Below are positions 11,960 through 25,119 of a stretch of 64,000 bases of DNA, one piece after another. The stretch lies in assembly GCF_006345805.1 (NCBI RefSeq), contig NC_042997.1, positions 201,004,001 to 201,068,000 of the forward strand, read 5' to 3'. This DNA comes from Octopus sinensis (lineage: Eukaryota). The notes below the pieces were generated by a model. That model searched no databases. It saw nothing but the letters and a program-made list of their open reading frames with translations, and was not told the DNA's origin. The position numbers and the translations under genes were made by a program. Every line of letters starts with the position of its first letter. The first letter of the stretch is position 1.

Positions 11960-12245
11960 ACTTGGCCGTTGCCAGCCTCGTCTGGCGCCCTTGCTGGTGG
12001 CACATAAAAAGCACCATCCGGTCGTGGCCGTTTGCCAGCCTCGTCTGGTACCTGTGCAGGTGGCACGTAAAAAGCACCCACTACACTCACGGAGTGGTTG
12101 GCATTAGGAAGGGCATCCAGCTGTAGAAACACTGCCAGATCAGACTGGGCCTGGTGCAGCCTTCTGGCTTCCCAGACCCCAGTTGAACTGTCCAACCCAT
12201 GCTAGCATGGAAAACGGACGTTAAACAATGATGATGATGATGATG
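11960..12245 (+). mobile_element. RTE 3'UTR copy with (GAT)n tail
   Basis: Two 62-bp subrepeats plus the conserved terminal ~180 bp. Confidence 0.9.
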
Positions 12246-12686
12246 CTTGCATTAAGGCGGTTGATGTAAATATACCCCAAACGTCATCTCGCACTAAATG
12301 CTGACTTCAATATGTTCGATTACCATTACTGTGCTCAGGCAATTGAATGAATCACAGCTATAAACTGGTTAAAGCGGTTGATGTATATATACTCTGAACC
12401 ATCATCTTGCACTAATTGCTGATCTTAGCTGAGATGATCACCATCAAGGCAAAATAGTTGCTTGATAAAAAAATTTTTTAAATTGTTGTGATGGGATTAA
12501 CATCATACCAAGATACATAAGAGAAGAAGATGATTTCATAACATTCAAATAATTCTTCTATGAATATCTCCAACCAATTCCAGATAAACCACCTATACCT
12601 AGATGCATCTCTGCAAACAATGACTTTTCACTTGAATGAGTTATGGAGCTCAAAAAATGACTTGTATTATGAAACACCCTCTAATG

Positions 12687-13120
12687 CAACGTTTTCCAAA
12701 CTTTGCTTCCGATGCCCCACTTAATAATAACAAATTTTCTGGTGCCCCACTTTTTAATAACAGGTTTTCCAATGTTTTGCTTTTTAATAACAAAAACTCG
12801 GGTGCCTATCAGCATTGTTTATTTAATATAGAAACACTTTTTTAATTCAGTTATCTCTGGCTGACAGATACCTCAACTCATTTAGTGAGAACCCTGTGCC
12901 TGGTGCATACGGCACAGATCCTTGATTTGAGGAGACAATTTTGTTAACTTCAGTTGTACATCATGATGTTTAGTAATTTCAAGTTGGTTTCTCTTGGCTT
13001 CCAGCAAATTGTCAACTGCACTGAATCCCCATTTGACCAAATAAGACAAAGGAACATGAATTAATAATTCTCTTGGACAAGAGATATTGAAACCAAGAAA
13101 CAAATGCCTAACAAATGCAA
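12687..13120 (-). mobile_element. hAT (Buster/Charlie-type) transposon right end with transposase C-terminus
   Basis: HVPLSYLVKWGFSAVDNLLEAKRNQLEITKHHDVQLKLTKLSPQIKDLCRMHQAQGSH* matches the Buster/Charlie dimerisation-domain end; Charlie-like terminus caacgttttccaaact at 12687. Confidence 0.8.
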
Positions 13121-13426
13121 ATACCTCACTTGGAATGCTGATTGGTCGTAACTACCTTGATTCCCATGGTTTAAGTATAGATGCTGCATGGTAGTGTTTT
13201 TCTTTCATGTCAATGTCTAAAGAGAGGCTTAGGGTTGTCAAGTGTGCACTCAAGCCACTTGCAAACATTTTCACAGCCCATGCTAACACATGCCCCACCC
13301 AAATTTTCCCATGTCCCATGCTGGGAAACACTTCTCAAATGTCTTTTCCAAGTGGTGCTATTTTGTCATGACCCAGGCCAATTCTGGCTCAGAATTAACT
13401 AAATGTGTATATATATATATCATCAT

Positions 13427-14129
13427 CATCATCATCATCATCATTTAACGTCCGCTTTCCATGCTGGCATGGGTTGGACGGTTCAACTGGGGTCTGGGGA
13501 GCCCGAAGGCTGCACCAGGCCAGTCAGATCTGGCAGTGTTTCTACAGCTGGATGCCCTTCCTAATGCCAACCACTCCGAGAGTGTAGTGGGTGATTTTAT
13601 GTGCCACCGACACAGGTGCCAGACGAGGCTGGCGAACGGCCACGCTCGGATGGTGTTTTTTATGTGCCACCAACACAGGTGCCAAACGAGGCTAGCAGAC
13701 GGCCATGCTCGGATGGTGTTTTTATGTGGTACCACAAAGATACAAATTCCATTGATGTTCATCTATTTTGATTTGTTTTGATTTTCACTTGCCTCAACAG
13801 GTCTTCACAAGTGTCACAAGAAGGAAGGTATGCACAGGTGGACTGACTACGTCCCAGGTAGGGGCCACGGTTTATGGCCTGACTAGTCTTGCCGGGTCTT
13901 CGGATGGTGTTTTTATGTGCCACCGACACAGGTGCCAGATGAGGCTGGCGAACGGCCACGATCGGATGGTGTTTGTTACGTGCCCACAGCACGGAGGCCA
14001 GTCGATGCGGTACTGGCTACGGCCACATTCGGATGGTTTTCTTGTGTGCCACCGGCACTGGTACCACAAAGATATAAATTCCATTGATGTTCATCTATTT
14101 TGATTTGTGTTGATTTGATTTGATTTGAT
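13427..14129 (-). mobile_element. Dimeric RTE-3'UTR-derived element (homologous to 45601-46548)
   Basis: Two modules starting atagatgaacatcaatggaatt, joined by ccatccgaagacccggcaagactagtcaggcc...acctgttgaggcaagtg; (GAT)n tail. Confidence 0.88.
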
Positions 14130-15033
14130 ATATGTATGTGTGTGTGTGTAATTTATTGTGCTGTTAAAATAAGATCAAGAAAAAAAACTATTCCATTCAG
14201 TGGAAGATAAATATCATTCAATGTGCAGAATTTGAAGGTACAAGCAAGGTACAATGGTTTCTTGCATTAGAAACGCAGGTCTAGGCAGGTTTTTACAACA
14301 TGATTGTCTCTCCATGCAATCTTCAGGCTCTGAAGATTTGCTTGGAGACTGAAATCTGCAGAGGCCTTCATCTCTAATACAAGAAATCATTAGCAGCTCA
14401 AACCATTATACAGTGTACATTGCATGAGGTGTGTGTGTGTGTGTATGTTTATATGCATAGACATACATACAGACACATACATACACACACACATACTACT
14501 TATGTAATCATTCTGAGTGTATCACGCATCCTCTAACTTCATTTAAAATATCATATTACAATTTTCTGTCAATGGATATTTTCTGTCCCCCTCTTAGCAC
14601 CAACCACAACCACTCTTCATGACTTCGTTAACAATTGCATCCCCTACACATCCATTCCACCCCCACTCCAAAAAAACCCTAGAAACTCATGATCCGTGAC
14701 AGGAATAATCCAAATCTCATTGATTTACTCAGGTCTGTCAAGCATTTCTTACCATTCAGTAACTTCCCGTGGATGCAGGATAAATCACCAACGAGAAAAT
14801 ATCCTTGACGTAGAAACAGTTTGAGCAGAAACGCTTGTGATTGTACAATGGAATATTAAGTGGATTCTTCAAACATTAGGAAAACTTTAATAATAAAATA
14901 AAGTGGACACATCAAGTATATATATATATGTGTGTGTGTGTGTGCGTGTGTGTGTGTGTGTGTTATGTATATATATGTGTGTGTGTGTTATGTATATATA
15001 TATATATATATGTATGTGTATGTGTGAGTTATG

Positions 15034-15066
<33 letters not shown>

Positions 15067-16631
15067 TATATATATATGATGATATATATATATGATGATG
15101 ATATATATATATATATATACACATACATATATATATGTGTGTGTGTATATATATATATACACACACACACATATATATGTGTATGTATATATATATATAT
15201 GAATATATATATATACATACACACATACACACATGCATGTACGCATGTGCATGCACACACACACACACATACATACACAACCACACAGAGTTACATATAT
15301 AATACATACAAAACTTTGAATGAAGACACAAAGAAACTAGGGGGCGGGGAGGTGCCTAAAAAGGCAAGTTTGCCAGAAATTTCATTGAAGAACATGGATG
15401 AATTGAATTAAGGGAATAATAGTTTCTAAAAAAAAAATCCTTTCAATAAAATGGTAAAAGTAATGGAAGTCCCAAAGAGTAAATAAAATGTGAGGAATAA
15501 GTTATTTTCAAGACAAAAAAAGGTGGAATGTATGGTTTAAATTTGGATAACATGTTCATACCATTTTAATGGGAAATGTCAAGGTGAGGAAAGAATGATT
15601 CCACTATTCGTAGCTGAAGTAATTTTGTGGAAGAAATATTGCTCAATTTAGAAAAAATTGATATGAAAAGTCTATAAAATTTAGTTTAATCTCAGGTATC
15701 CATTATATATTACCAATAATCTCTCTATAATAATAATACCAAAAAGGTAATCTTGATCTCAAACTAAATGTGGATGTTGCGTTAGAACATACAGTACTGT
15801 GTTATTTACCTTGAGAGAACCTTTCATAAAGGCTTGTGGTGCTTAAAAGCATGTGTAATTATTTGTTGACAGAAAATAATTATTTGCTATGACTACCAGT
15901 ACTGCCAGATCCCATGATTTCACCCTGCTATGGGTTCCTCAGTGACAGATGTCCAGCAGAAGCACAACAATCAAATATCCAGTCAACAATATAAAAAGAT
16001 CTCAGTGTCTATTCGAGCACTGATGTCACAAATAGCCAAGGGGCTTATTAAAAAATTACTAATAGTGACAGAAACAGTAATAATAACAGAAGGTAATCTT
16101 GATCTGTAACTTAACATGGATGTTGTGTTAGAACACACAATACTGCATGTGAAGCTAGGAGTGTGCATTAAAGAACCTTTGAAAGGGGACCCATTGTGTA
16201 CACCTTGCAGATAAAGATATCATTATTGATAAGGAAAAAGGTGCATATATGTAGGAATACAGAGATGTTGGGATGCATTTTAGGGCTGAGAAAAATGTCT
16301 GAACATTGTAGGACTGGAAGGAATCTTTATTATACAACTGGGTGAAGAACAGAACATTTCAGAACTGGAAGAAAGGGGTGCACTTGTAGATGTGGGAAGA
16401 GTGCATGGGAATTTTAGGGATGGGAGCAGGGGACTCACCTTATATAACACAAAGAAGAAATTATTATAGTATTAGGGAAAGGGGGAAATATTTAGGACTG
16501 GGAAGAGAAGTATGTATATTGTAGAACTAGAAGGGACCCACCATATATAGAACTGGAAAATGAAAAGGCTACTAATGGATTGGGAGAAGGGGAGTCACTT
16601 TTGAGATTGGAAGAGTGGATGTGCATTGTAA

Positions 16632-16796
16632 CTAGTATGCTGTGGCGCGCTGGTGTGCCATGAGATGATGCTAGGTGTGCCACAGTGTAACCTGGATATA
16701 ATTCTTTTCCTTGCAATTATATTCTTAGTTTAGGTGTGTCACTGAATTTTGAGAAGAATTTAAGAATGAAGTGGAAAAAATGGGTGCAGAGCACTG
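16632..16796. mobile_element. Possible hAT-type MITE
   Basis: gtggcgcgctggtgtgccatgag...ggtgtgccac subterminal motifs and a terminal gcactg; heavily decayed. Confidence 0.4.
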
Positions 16797-16814
16797 CATT
16801 ATAATGACCAGGGG

Positions 16815-17035
16815 AAAGGCAGCGAATTGGCAGAATCATTAGCATGTTGGACGAAATGCTTAGGGTTATTTCATCTGTCACTACGTTTTGAGTTCAAATT
16901 CCGCTGAGGTCGACTTTGCCTTTCATCATTTTGGGGTTGATAAATTAAGTACCAGTGAAATACTGGGGTCAATGTAATCGGCTTAATCCCTTACCCCAAA
17001 ATTTCAAGGTCTTTTGCCTTCAGTAGAAAGGATTA
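16815..17035 (+). mobile_element. SINE family B
   Basis: ggcagcgaattggcagaatcattagc...gagttcaaattccgctgaggtcgactttgcctttcatc...aagtaccag. Confidence 0.85.
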
Positions 17036-17789
17036 TATGAGCAAAGGAAGGGGACTCATCTTTCACAAGTGGAAGAAGGGAACATGATCAGACTTATTAG
17101 AATGAGAGAATAGGGTGCTCTTCTCAAGGTGACAAAAGAAGGGGATTGACCTTGGAAGGAGAAGATAATATTTGTGAGAGTAGGATGCACATGCAAGATT
17201 GAGAAAAGTGGGGTAAAGATTATTGAAATAGGGCAAGGGGACCCAAATTATACACCTCAAAGCTGAAAATATTTTATGACTAGATAAATGGGTTGTACTT
17301 CTAGGAGGTTTGAGGCTATAGTAGAAGACACTTGCCCAAAATGACATGCAGTGGGACTGAACCCAGAAACCATGTGGTTGGTAAACAAGCTACTTACCAC
17401 ACAGCCACTCCTGCACCTATATATATATGTATATACACACACATACACACACACACACACACACGCACACACACACACATATATATCTATATATATATAT
17501 ACACTTTTTATCTTATATTAAACTTTTTAATACTTTTTGATAGTTATATATATTTATAATTTAAAAAAAATTTAAATAATAATAAAAATTAAAATAATAA
17601 AATATATATATATAAATTTATAAATATAAATTAATAATTAAAAAAATTTTTTAATTTAAATAATTTAAATTTTGAATTTTATATTTTATATATTTTGTAT
17701 ATTATATTAATTAATTTTATTTCTATGTTTTGGTTTATGTTTTTCACTGTTTGATTTGCCTAATAGTGGTTTTATCTCTAATTTAAAAC

Positions 17790-17836
<47 letters not shown>

Positions 17837-19329
17837 GTATAATGGGTTCCTCTCAGTTTCTGTCTACCAAATACACTCACAAGGCTTTGGTTGGTACGAG
17901 GCTATAGTAGAAGACACTTGCCCAAGGTGCCACACAGTGGGACTGAACCCAGAACCATGTAGATGGTAAATAAGCTACTTACCACACAGCAATGTCTGTG
18001 CCTATATTCATAGAAATTCGTCACCTTTTCAAAAGTCATGATTGAAAGTCAGAATATGAATAAAAATGCCATAAATTAATCAATCGTGTCAAACTGAATT
18101 TATGATTGAAGAACTGAACGACATGATGGACTCAGAGTACAAGATTTATAGTTTGTCATACTCACAATCACATTCAATTTGGCGCTCTCCGTATATTTCA
18201 ATGACTTATAATATTTCTTTGAATATATTTGGTAATGATATATAATCAAGTCAGAGACCAAAGAAGAGAACTAAGAATTCTGTGATGCTTATCTCAGAGT
18301 AAGAATTAGCAGGTACTTCCTTCGGTTTTGATCTTGTCAATTAGCCAAAAATTTCCAATTCAATTTATGGGAAAAAGTTTGAACAAAGGTAAAGAGGAAT
18401 CGAAAACTTACCCAAAGTCTTCTTTTTTTTTATATTTCTTTTGGTTTATTTTTTGGTGTGTGTGTGTGTGAGGTGGGGGGTGTCTATTTTCATCCATAAG
18501 AAAATCAGGAAAAAATTGATAGTGTCTGTTGATTTTCAAAAGAAAGTTTTCTTAATTAATATCAGCCTGCAGAAAGGCCATGAGACGAGGTAAAATAGTC
18601 TGTTGAATATAGAATTGTGCATTAATTCATTGATCAGCAGCGTTCTATGGATTCTGCCTTCGAATGAAAAGAATGGTTTCTCTGTTCAGTTATTTTAGTC
18701 TCAAAGGGTGGAACTACCAGAATCATCAATTTAACTGATAAATAAGCATATGGCTGGTACCGAAATACTAAAAGTTTTATCATTTCACACAGTATGAGTG
18801 AAGAAAAAGTGTTTTATATATATATATATATATTCTATTCAAATGATATTCTATTGGTTAATCTATTGGCCAAGCTGATTGGTTCATTGGGGTCACTGCT
18901 TTATGTCCTTGTGAAAGACACTTAATTCAATGTACAACACTTAACTAATGAACGAGAATAGGTAACAGAAGCAAGATGGTAAGTTCACTTAGGATAGGTC
19001 AATATCCTATCTGTGTGCGAAGATCTTGTGTTTCTTGTATCCATAAAAGTTTGAAAACTAGACGAAATTTATTACGTTTATGAGACATTGTGACTCTAGA
19101 AAAGATTTAGTTAACAAATCAAAACTGAAAATATCACAGAATATGTTTAATGTATGTGTACAACCTCCTTCATATTGGTCAGTAATTCATTTTACTTTGT
19201 CTTTTTTCTCTATGCTTAGATAAGATGGTCAAACGAATAAATAGTAGTAGTAGCAGCAGCAGTATCCTCATGCTTGCTTGCTGGACAAGAGTCCAAATCT
19301 AGTATTATTCTTTTATTCTTTTATTTTTT

Positions 19330-19782
19330 TTACTTGTTTCAGTCATTTGACTGTGCCCATGCTGGAGCACTGCCTTTAGTTGAGCAAATCAACCCCAGGA
19401 CTTATTCTTTGTAAGCCTAGTACTTATTCTGTCGGTTTCTTTTGCCAAACTGCTAAGTGACAGAGACATAAACACACCAGCATCGGTTGTCAAGCGATGT
19501 TGGGGGACAAACACAAACATAGACACACATACATACATACACATACATACATACATACATACATACATACATACATACATACATACATAAATACTTATAT
19601 ATATATATATATTTATATATACGACGGGCTTCTTTCAGTTTCCGTCTACCAAATCGACTCACAAGGCTTTGGTCAGACCGAGGCTATAGTAGAATGCACT
19701 TGCTCAAGGTACCATGCAGTGGGACTGAACCCAGAATCATGTGGTTGGTAAGCAAGCTACTTACCACACAGCCACTCCTACA
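19330..19782 (-). mobile_element. SINE family A, full length, expanded internal (TACA)n
   Basis: Tail, body and head all present. Confidence 0.92.
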
Positions 19783-20102
19783 CCTTTCAGGTCTTGTGAC
19801 TATAGTAGAAAGGATTATTATTTCTCTTTATTACAGGTTTTGTTGGAACTCCTGGAGTCTTGCATGCATAGCAGGCTTGCTACCTGCAGCCTATGGTACC
19901 ATGCTATCTGTTCTTTTCAGCAATCTAATACTTTCCTGATTATTCCAGCTGTGCCAAGGAGGTAAACCTTTTGCTACAGTTCTACTGGAGATTCTTTTCT
20001 GATTTGCTTGATGTTCTTATTGATGCCTTCTGATACCATCCCCAAGAATAATTGGCACTATCTTCACCTTCTTCATTTTCCATAGCTAGGCTACTTTGTA
20101 CA

Positions 20103-20154
<52 letters not shown>

Positions 20155-20400
20155 GGAAAGGCAGTGAGCTGGCAGAAAAGACGGTGCACTGGCAGAAATG
20201 TTAGCATACCAAGCGAAATGCTTTGAGATATTTCATCTGTCTTTATGTTCTGAGTTCAAATTCCAATGAGATTGATTTTGCCTTTCATCCTTTCGGGGTT
20301 GATAAATTAAGTACCAGTTGTGTAGTGGGGGTTGCTCTAATCAACTGGATCACCCCTCCCCCTAAATTTCAGGCCTTGTGCCTAGAGTAGAAAAGATTAT
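20155..20400 (+). mobile_element. SINE family B following a (TTA)n tract
   Basis: ggcagtgagctggcagaa...gagttcaaattcc...cctttcatcctttcggggttgataaattaagtaccag. Confidence 0.85.
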
Positions 20401-20444
20401 TATTATTGTTGTTGTTGTTGTTGTTATTATTATTATTATTATTC

Positions 20445-20727
20445 GAAGCCCGTGGGCCGAAGCCAGTGCCGCCTCGACTGGCTTCCGTGCAGGTGGCACG
20501 TAAAATGCACCAATCCGACCGTGGCCGATGCCAGTCTCGCCTGGCACGTAAAAAGCACCCACTACACTCACGGAGTGGTTGGCGTTAGGAAGGGCATCCA
20601 GCTGTAGAAACATTGCCAGATAAGACCGGAGTCTGGTGCAGCCTTCTGGCTTCCCAGATCCCCGTCGAACCGTCCAACCCATGCTAGCATGGAGAACGGA
20701 CGTTAAACGATGATGATGATGATGATG
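20445..20727 (+). mobile_element. RTE 3'UTR copy
   Basis: Subrepeats plus ggttggcgttaggaagggcatccagctgtagaaac...acggacgttaaacgatgatgat. Confidence 0.9.
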
Positions 20728-21687
20728 ATTATTATTATTATCTCTTTATCGCAGATTTTGTTGGAGCTCCTGGAGTATTGTATGCATAGCAGGCTTACTA
20801 TTATTATTATGTTTATTATTATTATTATTTCTACTCTTTCCCTCCTTCTCCCCTCTTCCTCCTCCTCCTCCTCTTCCTCCTCATCATCATCATCATCAGC
20901 AGCAGCAGCAGCAGCCTATATTCTCATTTATATACACAGTTATTAGGCATTGTAATTCTAATAGATTTTACAAATACCTCTTTCTTCGCATACTCTGTTT
21001 CATTCTTTGGCCTCTTAGCAACAACTTTCAATCCCAGATTAGGTTTAGACATTTTACAAGAACGATTCCTAACCTTTTAACAGAGCAAAACATTTTGACA
21101 AATCAATAATACTCTATGATCTTTTTTTTTCCAAATATTTATATATTTATATAGAAAAATCAATTTTCTAAAAATTTAATACATTCATATTTGATAGTTT
21201 TCTGGGGGAAAGATTTCACAATTTGTTTATAGTAAAATGCTGTGTTTCACACATATGTGTTGTGTTTATAAATGTGTGTGTGAGTGTGTGTATGTATGTA
21301 TATATATATATATATATATCAGTATGCATATATATATATATATATACACATATATTTCTATATATATATATTTCTGTGTATATAGACATATATATATATA
21401 TATATGCACACACGCATACACGTATATGTATATAAATAATATACACACACACATTATGTATGAATGATTGTGTGTGTATATGTGTGTATATATGCATATA
21501 TATACATATATATATATGTGCATGTGCGTGTGTGTTTGTGTATACCCAAGCCAGCATGGAAAATGAATGTTAAATGAGGATGATGGTTATGAGATATATA
21601 TATATATGTATATATTAGTATATATATAAATATAGACATGCATGTATATTTATGTGTGCATATGTATACGTGTGTGTATATATCTAG

Positions 21688-21723
<36 letters not shown>

Positions 21724-22189
21724 CATCATCATCATCATCATCATCATCGTCGTTTAGCGTGATGATATATCTGGATATATATATATATATATGCATATGT
21801 ATATATTCTTATATGAATCAACTGTATATATATACATCTATATATATATATTGCTATTATGTAGATCGTCTGAGTTACATCATCAATTCAGTTTGTAACG
21901 GAAGAGAGCACACCAACAATGATCTCATCTGATTCCTAATATTTCTCCGCTTCATCTCAGTTCGTTATCATGTAGACAGAGAAGATAAACATTTCAACTG
22001 TTAACGAATCTGTTTAAAGTAACACTAGACAATATTTATAGCGAAAATTTTGTCTGTCCTGTAAATATCACAATTTATACAGAGTCTTGACATCGTTCAG
22101 GATTTCATTGTGTATATATTAGTTCTAGTGAGATAAAACAAGCAGCTTCTGGTATTAGATGCTATGCTAATGAAATTCTCGGCAAGTGG

Positions 22190-22650
22190 TGTCATCGCTG
22201 TGGTCATCATCGTCGTCATTGCATCATCATCATCTTTGTTGTCGTCGTTGTCATTGTCATCATCATCATCATCGTCATCACTGCAATCATCATCGAGTCA
22301 TCATCGTCCTCCGCCTCCTCATCATCATCATCACCACCACCACTACCACCACCACCATCATCATCATCATCACCACCACCACCACCACCACCATCATCAT
22401 CATCACCACCACCACCACCACCACCACCATCATCATCATCACCACCACCAACACCATTATCATCATCATCGTCATTATTGTCATGATCACCACCACCACC
22501 ACCACCACCATTATCATCGCCACTAGCACCCCCCCACCACCATTATCATCATCGTCTTTATCACTGCCATCATCACCACCACTACCATCAGCACCACCAT
22601 CACCATTGTCACCACCACCATCACCACCACCACCACCACCATCATCATCA
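22190..22650. repeat. (CAT)n/(CAC)n compound microsatellite
   Basis: Directly visible. Confidence 0.95.
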
Positions 22651-22653
22651 CTG

Positions 22654-23430
22654 GGTGAAATGCTTATCGGTATTTCGTCTGTCTTTACGTTCTGAGTTCA
22701 TATTCCACCAAGGTCGACTTTGCCTGTCATCCTTTTGGGGTCGATTAAATAAGTACCAGTTACGCACTGGGGTTGATATAATCGACTTAATCCGTTTGTC
22801 TGTCCTTGTTTGTCCCCTCTGTGTTTAGTCCCTTGTGAGTAGTAAAGAAATAGGTATATGTGTCTGTGGAGTACTCAGCCACTTGCACGTTAACTTCATG
22901 AGCAATCTATTCTGTTGATTGGTTGAATTGTAACTTTTGTCATCATAACCGAATGAGTGCCAATAATTGTTTCAAATATATATACCCAAGGGTGCTGGCA
23001 GAATCATTAGTGTGCCGGGCAAAATGCTTAGCTGTATTTCATTTCCCGTTATATTCTGAGTTCAAATCCCACTGAAGTCGACTTTGTCTTTCATACTTTC
23101 AGGGTCAATTAAATAAATACCAGTTGTGCTGGGTTGATGTAATTGACTTAATCTCTTTGTCTGTCATTGTTTGTCCCCTCTATTTTCAGCCTTCTGTGGG
23201 CAATAAAGAAATAAATATATGTATATATATATATGGCAAAGGGTGGAAAGCTGGTGTATTGTCTGCCGTTACATTCTGAGTTCAAATTCTGCACAGGTCG
23301 ACTTTGCCTTTCATCTTTCGGGGTTGTTTAAATAAGTACCACATAAGCACTGGGGTTGACATAATCGACTTAATCTCTTTGTCTGTCCTTGTTTGTCCCC
23401 TCTGTTTAGCCACCTGTGGGCAATAGAAAA
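22654..23430 (+). mobile_element. Cluster of three diverged SINE family B copies
   Basis: gagttca(a/t)att...gtcgactttg...aagtacc...ggggttga..taatcgacttaatc...tgtccttgtttgtcccctct at ~22654, ~22990 and ~23240. Confidence 0.85.
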
Positions 23431-23635
23431 ATGATAATTGTTTCAGATATAGGGACAAAGCCCAAAATTTAGATGGCATGAAAAGTTGATTACATCAACC
23501 CTAGTACTTGACTGGTACTGTATTTCATTAATCCAAGAAGGAAAAAAACCCAAATCAACCTTGGTGGAATTGAAACTCAGAACATGAGGTTGTGGAAGAA
23601 ATGCTATGAAAGTATTTGTCCTGCTTACCATTTTC

Positions 23636-23960
23636 TTTAATCCTTCTGTTACAATATTTCTGTTGAGATGCTCTGTATTTCTTTCAATTAATTTTAAATA
23701 TAACAAAGAATTTTGTAAAATAACTTAGTTATCATTATGACATTTGTACTACAGAGTCAGAGGCAGTTTCAGCTAGGCTGGTATCAAAAGGGTTGAAAAG
23801 AATTTAGTAAAATAACTTAGTTTTCATTAAGCCAGGGTTAGGACCATAAATTGTGACTAAGGCTTGGTAGAAAGGTTCTAATTCAGGACATTTGAAAACA
23901 AGAGATTTGTGCTACAGAGCCAGAGGCAGTTACAAACAGCTTGGTATCGAAAGGGTCAAA
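23636..23960 (+). mobile_element. Deleted and partly duplicated copies of the piggyBac MITE seen at 31052-31522
   Basis: Shares tttctttcaattaattttaaatataacaaagaattt..aaaataacttagtt, cataaattgtgactaagg and ggtatcaaaagggtt. Confidence 0.75.
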
Positions 23961-24084
23961 TTTTAGCACAATCCCAACAAATTTTTATTGGGTGGAGATT
24001 ACATTACCCCCTTCCCTATTGCCTGGTATTTTATTTCATTATCCCTGAAAGGATGAAAAGCAAACATAATCTTGGCAGGAAATG

Positions 24085-24414
24085 AACCCCTGCATTGCCT
24101 TACTGGCACTTGTGCTGGTGACATGTTAAAAAACATTCAAGTGAGGTCATTGCCAGTGCCGCTGGACTGGCTCCTGTGCAGGTGGCACATAAAAAGCACC
24201 ATTTGAGCGTGGCTGTTGCCAGTACCACCTGACTGGCCCTCGTGCCGGTGGCACGTATAGCACCCACTACATGCTTGGAGTGGTTGGTGTTAGGAAGGGC
24301 ATCCAGCTGTAGAAACTCTGCCAGATCAAGATTGGAGCCTGGTGCAGCCGTCTGGCTCACCAGACCTCAGTCAAATCGTCCAACCCATGCTAGCATGGAA
24401 AGCGGACGTTAAAC

Positions 24415-24455
<41 letters not shown>
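24085..24455 (+). mobile_element. RTE 3'UTR copy with long (GAT)n tail
   Basis: Same family motifs. Confidence 0.9.
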
Positions 24456-24456
<1 letters not shown>

Positions 24457-24848
24457 TGTTAAGAGACTGAACAAATACCACAAGCCATTTTTTTCTGACT
24501 CTCTAACAATTCTGCTTGGCTCATCACTTTAAATTGTTTAAAATAATCTCATTATTAAATTTGTTTTTCTCTTTCTGTTTACCGTTTGCAAACATGTATT
24601 TGTTTCCCCCATGTTTTGGTTGCTGTTTCTGCATTGAAGAACTTTTATTACTAATTCATGAGCGAAAAGAAGTTTTATTTCAAAAATCATTGCCTTTCCT
24701 CAAAACAAAAAATAACACCAGTCGTAAATTCCTACCTGTTTATGGTGAAAGTAGGCAATTGGTTTTTTTTTTAGATAATTTCACCTGATAAAAATATACA
24801 ATAAAAAAAACACTGCAAGTGAATTGAAACCACATATAACCAAAAGAA

Positions 24849-24895
<47 letters not shown>

Positions 24896-24942
24896 CAACA
24901 ACAACACCAATGATGATGATGATGATGATGTTGATACTAATA

Positions 24943-24974
<32 letters not shown>

Positions 24975-25119
24975 GGTAGTGGTGGTTGTGATGATGATGA
25001 TGAGGAGGAGGAGGATAACCAAAACCACACAATAAAAAGGCCTCTTGGAATTAATGGAATATCCACTGATTCAGCCTCCTTAGAAGAGCAAAAGTTGGGG
25101 GGGGGGGAGTATGAAGGTA

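Noticed and set aside
13461-13781. Recurring ~100-aa ORFs starting MLAWVGRF... or MPAWVGR...
   Set aside because: Antisense readings of the RTE 3'UTR; length and frame vary between copies.
14753-14803. Minus-strand 51-nt exon candidate (GYFLVGDLSCIHGKLLN) with AG/GTAAGA ends
   Set aside because: Short, with no homology or partner exons; expected by chance.
22164-22695. Poly-His, poly-Ile/Thr and poly-Met/Asp ORFs (also 2934-3146, 5917-6349, 36483-37261)
   Set aside because: Triplet microsatellites, several seeded by RTE (GAT)n tails.
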